Below are positions 57,451 through 64,000 of a stretch of 64,000 nt of DNA, in pieces (position 1 is the stretch's first letter; each line of letters begins with the position of its first letter). Under the pieces are notes generated by a model that saw only the letters and a list, made by a program, of their open reading frames with translations, was not told the origin of the DNA and did no database searches. The translations under genes and the position numbers were made by a program. Origin of the DNA: Hemiscyllium ocellatum (lineage: Eukaryota); NCBI RefSeq assembly GCF_020745735.1, contig NC_083433.1, positions 6,335,363 to 6,399,362 on the forward strand. The letters run 5' to 3'.

Positions 57451-58804
57451 AACTTGCTGGGGCGCTTATTCAGGTCATGGTTAGTTTGCATCCTTTTAGA
57501 AGAAACAGTTTTGGATGAGGAAAGATTTTCAAGTTTTGTTTTAAAAATTAAGCTCATTGTGACCAACTGCACGAGGGGCTCAATGAAGAAAGGGAGTCAG
57601 TTTCTCAGCCTGTTGTGTTGGAAATGGGAGAGAAAGGTGGGAGATTGGTGCTAGGACAAGGCAATTGTGACAGGAGCAGATGGGGCAGAGGCTGCAAAAT
57701 GTTTCCAATGACGGGGAGTTCGGCATCAAGGGGTGGGGTCACAGTCACAGTCTAGTGATACAGAGTATTTAGGACTGAGATGAGGAGAAAGGTCTTCATC
57801 CAGAGAGTGGGGAGCCTGTGGAACTCTCTGTCACAGAAAACATTGAGATCATAATATTAAATGGTTTCAAGAAGAGTTAGATATAACTCTTAGGGCTAAA
57901 GAGATCAAAGTGTTAGGGGAGGGAATGGGAAGATGGTACTGAGTTCGATGATCAGCTATAATTGTATGGAATGGTGGAGCAGGCCGAATGGCCTCCTCCT
58001 GTGCGATAACAATTCTGTGATTCTGTGGTTGATCTGCATCTGACCAGCGATTCCCTGCCTCTGTCTCCTGACTGACCTTTCTGTGGATTGTCACCTCGCT
58101 GTGATGGAGAGCCTCGAGTGTCCCATTGAGTTTGAGAGTGATACCTCAAAAGGTTTCCGCCTCCTGATAGGACCACCCAGGACGGTAAGGTCGGAGGGGA
58201 GGATCCCGGTAAAGTGCAATGCAAATAAAGTCCTCAATGGCCATCCATCCAGGCAGAAGGTATTTTTCTGCAATCCCTGAGGGTTGGTAAAGTCTGCATC
58301 AGGATGGAGATCCCCAGTTGACATTTTCTTGGCACTTGAGCTGGATCTACCTTCTGTAAAGGACTGTGTCTGTGCTGATGTACAACAGCATTCCCATGCT
58401 AAAGGATGCTCTGTACAAGGTGTCTACATAGAGGAACTCCAACCCCTCCACAAACACATAGAATTTCCTGGGTGGACAGTCAGAATTTTACAGAAGGGGG
58501 CCATTCAGCCCATCATGTCTGTACCAGCCCCTGAAAGAGCTACCCAGCTAGTCCCAGTCTCCAGCCCTCTCTCCATAGCCCTCTAATGCCATTCCTTTTC
58601 AATATCTATCCAGCTCTGTATTGAAACCTCCTATGGAATCCACCTCCCCCACTCTTCCAGACAGCACATTCAAAATCCAAGGAAAGAAGTTTCTCCTCAT
58701 CTCACTCTGAGCTCTCTTGCTGACTAATTGTGACCCCTAGTTACTGGCATACCAACTGGTGAAAACAGAACATCCTCCTTTACTCTGTCAAAATTGCTCA
58801 TAAC

Positions 58805-59870
58805 ATAGAACATGTAGAACATAGAAGGATACAGCGCAGTACAGGCCCTTCGGCCCTCGATGTTGCGCCGACCGAATCCTACCTAACCTATACTAGCCCA
58901 ATAACTTCCAAATGCCTATCCAATGCCCGCTTAAATGACCATAAAGAAGGAGAGTTCACCACTGATACGGGCAGGGCATTCCATGAACTCACAACCCGCT
59001 GTGTGAAGAATCTACCCCTAACATCTGTCCTATACCTACCACCCCTTAATTTAAAGCTATGTCCCCTAGTAACACCTGACTCCATTAGCGGTAAAAGGTT
59101 CTTAGTATCTACCCTATCTAAACCCCTAATCATCTTATACACTTCTATCAGATCTCCCCTAAACCTTCTCTTCTCCAATGAGAACAGCCCCAAGTGCCTC
59201 AGCCTTTCCTCATAAGATTTTCCTACCATTCCAGGCAACATCCTGGTAAACCTCCTCTGCACTCGTTCTAAAGCTTCCACATCCTTCCTATAGTATGGCG
59301 ACCAAAACTGCACACAATACTCCAGATGAGGCCTCACCAGAGTCTTATACAACTGCAACATGACCTCAGGACTCCGGAACTCAATTCCTCTGCCAATAAA
59401 GCCCAGTACACCATATGCCTTCCTCACAGCACTATTTACCTGGGTGGCAACTTTCAGAGATCTGTGTACATGGACACCAAGATCCCTCTGCTCATCCACA
59501 CTACCAAGTAGCCTACCATTAGCCCAGTAATCCATCATCTTGTTATTCCTACCAAAGTGAACGACTTCGCACTTAGCTACATTGAATTCCATTTGCCACA
59601 TTTCCGCCCAGCTCTGCAACTTATCTATATCCCGCTGTAACCTACCACTTCCTTCCTCACTATCCACAACTCCACCGACTTTTGTGTCATCCGCAAACTT
59701 GCTTACCCAGCTTTCAAGTCCTTCCTCTAGATCATTTATAAAGATAACAAAAAGCAATGGTCCCAAAACAGATCCTTGTGGTACACCGCTAGTAACTGCG
59801 CTCCAAGATGAACATAATCCATCAACTACTACCCAAATCCATCAACTACTACCCTAATCCATCAACTACT
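58805..59870 (-). mobile_element. Young CR1-clade LINE 3' fragment with RT domain
   Basis: ORF 58888-59766 contains GPLLF, KFADDTK, LYKTLVRPHLEYC and TRGH. Tail is ttctatg-like. A 19-mer (aatccatcaactactaccc) occurs about three times at the 5' junction. Confidence 0.92.
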
Positions 59871-61107
59871 AACTTTGAACACTTTAGTAAGGTCACCTCT
59901 TAATATTCTCCGCTCAAAGAAGAATAAGCTCAAGTTCTTTAACTTTTCCTTGTAACTAAAATCCCTCTTTCCTAGTACTATTCTCATAAATCTCTTTGTG
60001 CTCTCTCCAGGGCTTTACTATCCTTCCTTGAATTAAGGTGTCCGGAACTGAACACAACACTGTAAATGTGGTCTGACCAATGATTTGTAGAGGTGTAGCA
60101 TAATTCTCCTTCTTTGATGCCTCTTTTTAAAAACACAAGGATCCCATAAGCTTTAACAAAAGTTTCTTCTTGCCTGGCCACCTTCAGAGAATGATGTACT
60201 TGTATCCCTGAGGTCCCTGTGTTCCTGTACTTGTCTCAGAGTTGTAAAATTTAGATTGTTTTATCTCTTCATGTTTCTTCCACTAAAATATATTTCTGCA
60301 GATTGCTCTGCTTTGAAATGAGATGATTGCTAACATCAAACTTTACCCAATAAAAATCTAATAATCCATTTTGAAATCTTCAGTTCATCTGTCAAGATGC
60401 ATGTGTGTGTGTGTGAGGATGCAAGCTCCTATGAGTATACTTGCAGTATCCTATGAAGAAGCCATTTCTGACATTATACTGGACAGTTTAGTTTTAATTT
60501 GAAGATTATAACCCTATTCCACACCCTCGATGGCCCATCGGGAAAGAAACAGTTCCTGCGTATCAACCTGTCAAATCCATTAATCCTCTGAAAGATTTCA
60601 ATTACCGCCATTCCTTAACCTTCTAACCAGAGGGACTTAGGCAAACTGTTGTCATAATTTAACCAGCTCTTTATGTCAGAGTGGGTACTGAAAAATTCTG
60701 CACTGTACCATCTGCATCCAACATACCAGAACCGAGCAGTCTAGATGTGGTCTAACCAGAACATGACAATTTCAGAAAGAACTTTAATTCAGAGGTATTC
60801 AAACCCCTTTGTAATCAGGGCTTTTATTGAGTTTAAACATAGCAATTTACCTTCTTGAATTCATTGCCCACTTGGTAAGCATACCCAAAATGGCACGAAG
60901 GACAGAATTCCACTCCAGAACTAGTGAAGGAATGGTGATAGATTTCCAAATTAGGACTGAGAGTGGCTTGGAAGGGAACTTTCAAGAGGAAGTATTCTTA
61001 CATTTAGGACAAGGGCAGAAAATAGGTAAGTGACAGGGGGGCTTGGTGAGTGTTGGTTAATGAGCCTTTGAATGTCGACAGTATGTGGTAGATAGTGCAC
61101 TCTATAG

Positions 61108-61290
61108 CTGAAAATGTGTTGCTGGTTAAAGCACAGCAGGTTAGGCAGCATCCAAGGAATAGGAAATTCAACGCTTATGCCCGAAATGTTGAATTTCCTA
61201 TTCCTTGGATGCTGCCTAACCTGCTGTGCTTTAACCAGCAACACATTTTCAGCTGTGATCTCCAGCATCTGCAGACCTCATTTTTTACCC
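61108..61290 (+). mobile_element. Small fold-back PLE-derived element
   Basis: 68-bp arms at 61106-61173 and 61187-61254 with loop cttatgcccgaaa. 14-bp TSD agtgcactctatag at 61094-61107 and 61291-61304. Confidence 0.85.
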
Positions 61291-62668
61291 AGTGCACTCT
61301 ATAGTTCTTGTCTGTCAGGAGTGGAGGGAACTGAGCGTTTGTGGATATTGTACCAACTCAAAACAGCCCCCTTGACTGGAAGCTGTCAAAATTCTGATGT
61401 TAGAGTATACCGGTTGTCCTAATCCTATCTCTGACACCCTCTAATGATCAGATGAAACCCCTCACTGAAATCATTCAAAAGACAGTAGCTTTACTGTCCT
61501 CAAACAGCTTATAAATGTCTGTTCTCTAAATCAGATTCAGCACAAGTCTGTGTTCAGGTGAGAATACTCCCTCTAGGATGGTGATTTAACAAAACCATTA
61601 TCTGGAGCATCAGGTCCAATACCAAGACTCTGAAGGATGAGCTACACCCGACACCTTGGTAAGGTCTCTAAACCAATTGCACTGGCCCATTTTACAGCAG
61701 AAAACTTAGAGAACTTTTGACCCAACATTGCAAATTTAAATCACAAGCTAGAGTCTCTCAGTTATATGTAGAACTAATGTTCTGATATTTAATTTATGCT
61801 TTTCCTTGAAATGAGAGAAGTGTTTTACATGGGAAATATGTCTTTTCCCCCAAAGACAAGCTACCTGTCCCATCTCAGTTCATGCTGAGAAAGTGATAGC
61901 TTATTTTATGGTTTGAACAAATCAAAAAGCAGATTCTCCAGCAATAATGTCTGCTACTTGAGAAACCAACTCCTGAGCTTTGTAAACTATAGCTTATCTA
62001 AGCAAGTCAAGAGTGATGGGTCATGCATGCAAATACCTTCATTCTTGTAGGGGACAATGTTATTTATCTACTAAAGTCAAAGAGTCTATCCATTAACAAA
62101 ACAAGTTGTTGGAAAGAATTCAGGTCAGGCAGCAGAGGAGAGAAAACAGCTAGTGTTTCAGCTCCTGGGTGAACCTTCAGAAGGGTTTTCTCTCCCCAGA
62201 TTTTCCAATAATCTGTTTTGATTTACAGTTTTGTATTTTTAAAAATCCGAGCATTGCTATGGACAATACAGTCGGTGTCTAACATTTAGACAGTGGACTG
62301 AGTTCTGTGTTTAGTGAACAGAGGCTGTTCCTACAAAATTGTCCACTGACCGCAAGACTGGTGAATCAACATTACTTCTAATGCTAAAAGGCTTGGACAG
62401 TTGTGGGATTTCCAGAGAATTGCTGTATTTAAAAAGCTGTAAAATACTTTTTTGGAATCCACTGAGTAAGTTACTGGGGCAGGTATTGAAGCAAGACCAA
62501 GCAGCTCAAGATTAAATAAATCAAATGTTAACAGCTAAAGCCTTCAAGAACTTGCACAAAGTACTCAGTTCTGTGGTGAACACTATTTTAATTTTGTTTA
62601 GAGCACAACCAAAATCATCCACTAGAATGAAGTCACCATGTCCAACAAATGGAGTTCCTGAATCCCAC

Positions 62669-63468
<800 letters not shown>

Positions 63469-63569
63469 CTGCAATCAAGGACAAAAATCATTGCTGCCAA
63501 CATGAAGTCTCAATTCCAGAGGAGGAAACAATATATAAATAAAAATATAAATAAACTGACTCTAATCAG

Positions 63570-64000
63570 GTGAATTATTTGCAAAGTGTCATTATAGCAC
63601 AAAGTGATCCAATTATCCATGCCAGCCAATTTTACCCAAGCTAAACTAGTCCCAGTTGCTTGGGTTTGAACCCTATCCCTCTAAGCCTTTATTCATGTCC
63701 AAAGGGGTGTTAGATGTTGTAGCTGTACCTGCAGCTACAACTTCCTCTGGTTGAGGATTCTGACCATAAACCCCCACTGAAAATTGTCCTCCAGCTTTTT
63801 CAAGTCCCTCAAGCATATCCCTCCTAGTTTTGGCCTCACTGACAAGATATTTTGCATGTTCACCCTACCCATGCTGTTAGTGATTAAGCCTCTTCAAGGT
63901 CATCCTCCACCTTCTCTTTAGGAAGGCAAACCCTCCAATCCTGTGCACACAGTCTCTTCAATTTAATATCATTCTTATAGGTGTTTAGCCAGAATTGGAA
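63570..64000 (-). mobile_element. Degenerate CR1 3' fragment in intron 1 of copy 7
   Basis: Eroded similarity to 18490-19000 and 48860-49420 (ctagtccca..., atccctctaa..., acttcctctgg..., ccagaattg). Confidence 0.55.

Overview
Vertebrate genomic DNA, most likely from a cartilaginous fish. This is inferred from the HE1/V-SINE-like SINEs, the CR1 LINEs and the Penelope-like elements. The main content is a minus-strand tandem array of at least seven 4-exon ferritin genes of the middle/heavy type (173 aa), with stop codons at 14680, 24614, 31916, 39997, 46934, 54233 and 62669 and a period of about 7-10 kb. Five copies are complete and intact. Copy 3 has a 2-nt deletion that creates a premature stop, and exon 1 of copy 7 lies beyond the window. 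I found no iron-responsive element in the short predicted 5' leaders. The promoters instead share a GATAAA-type TATA variant, an MRE core, CCAAT boxes and a CACCC box. Exons 3-4 are nearly identical between copies while the introns have diverged, and amino-acid changes concentrate in exon 2. The rest of the window is TE-rich: CR1 fragments, V-SINEs, and Penelope-like insertions with TSDs, fold-back palindromes and minimal hammerhead ribozyme motifs. Most other ORFs in the track are antisense shadows of ferritin exons or TE fragments.
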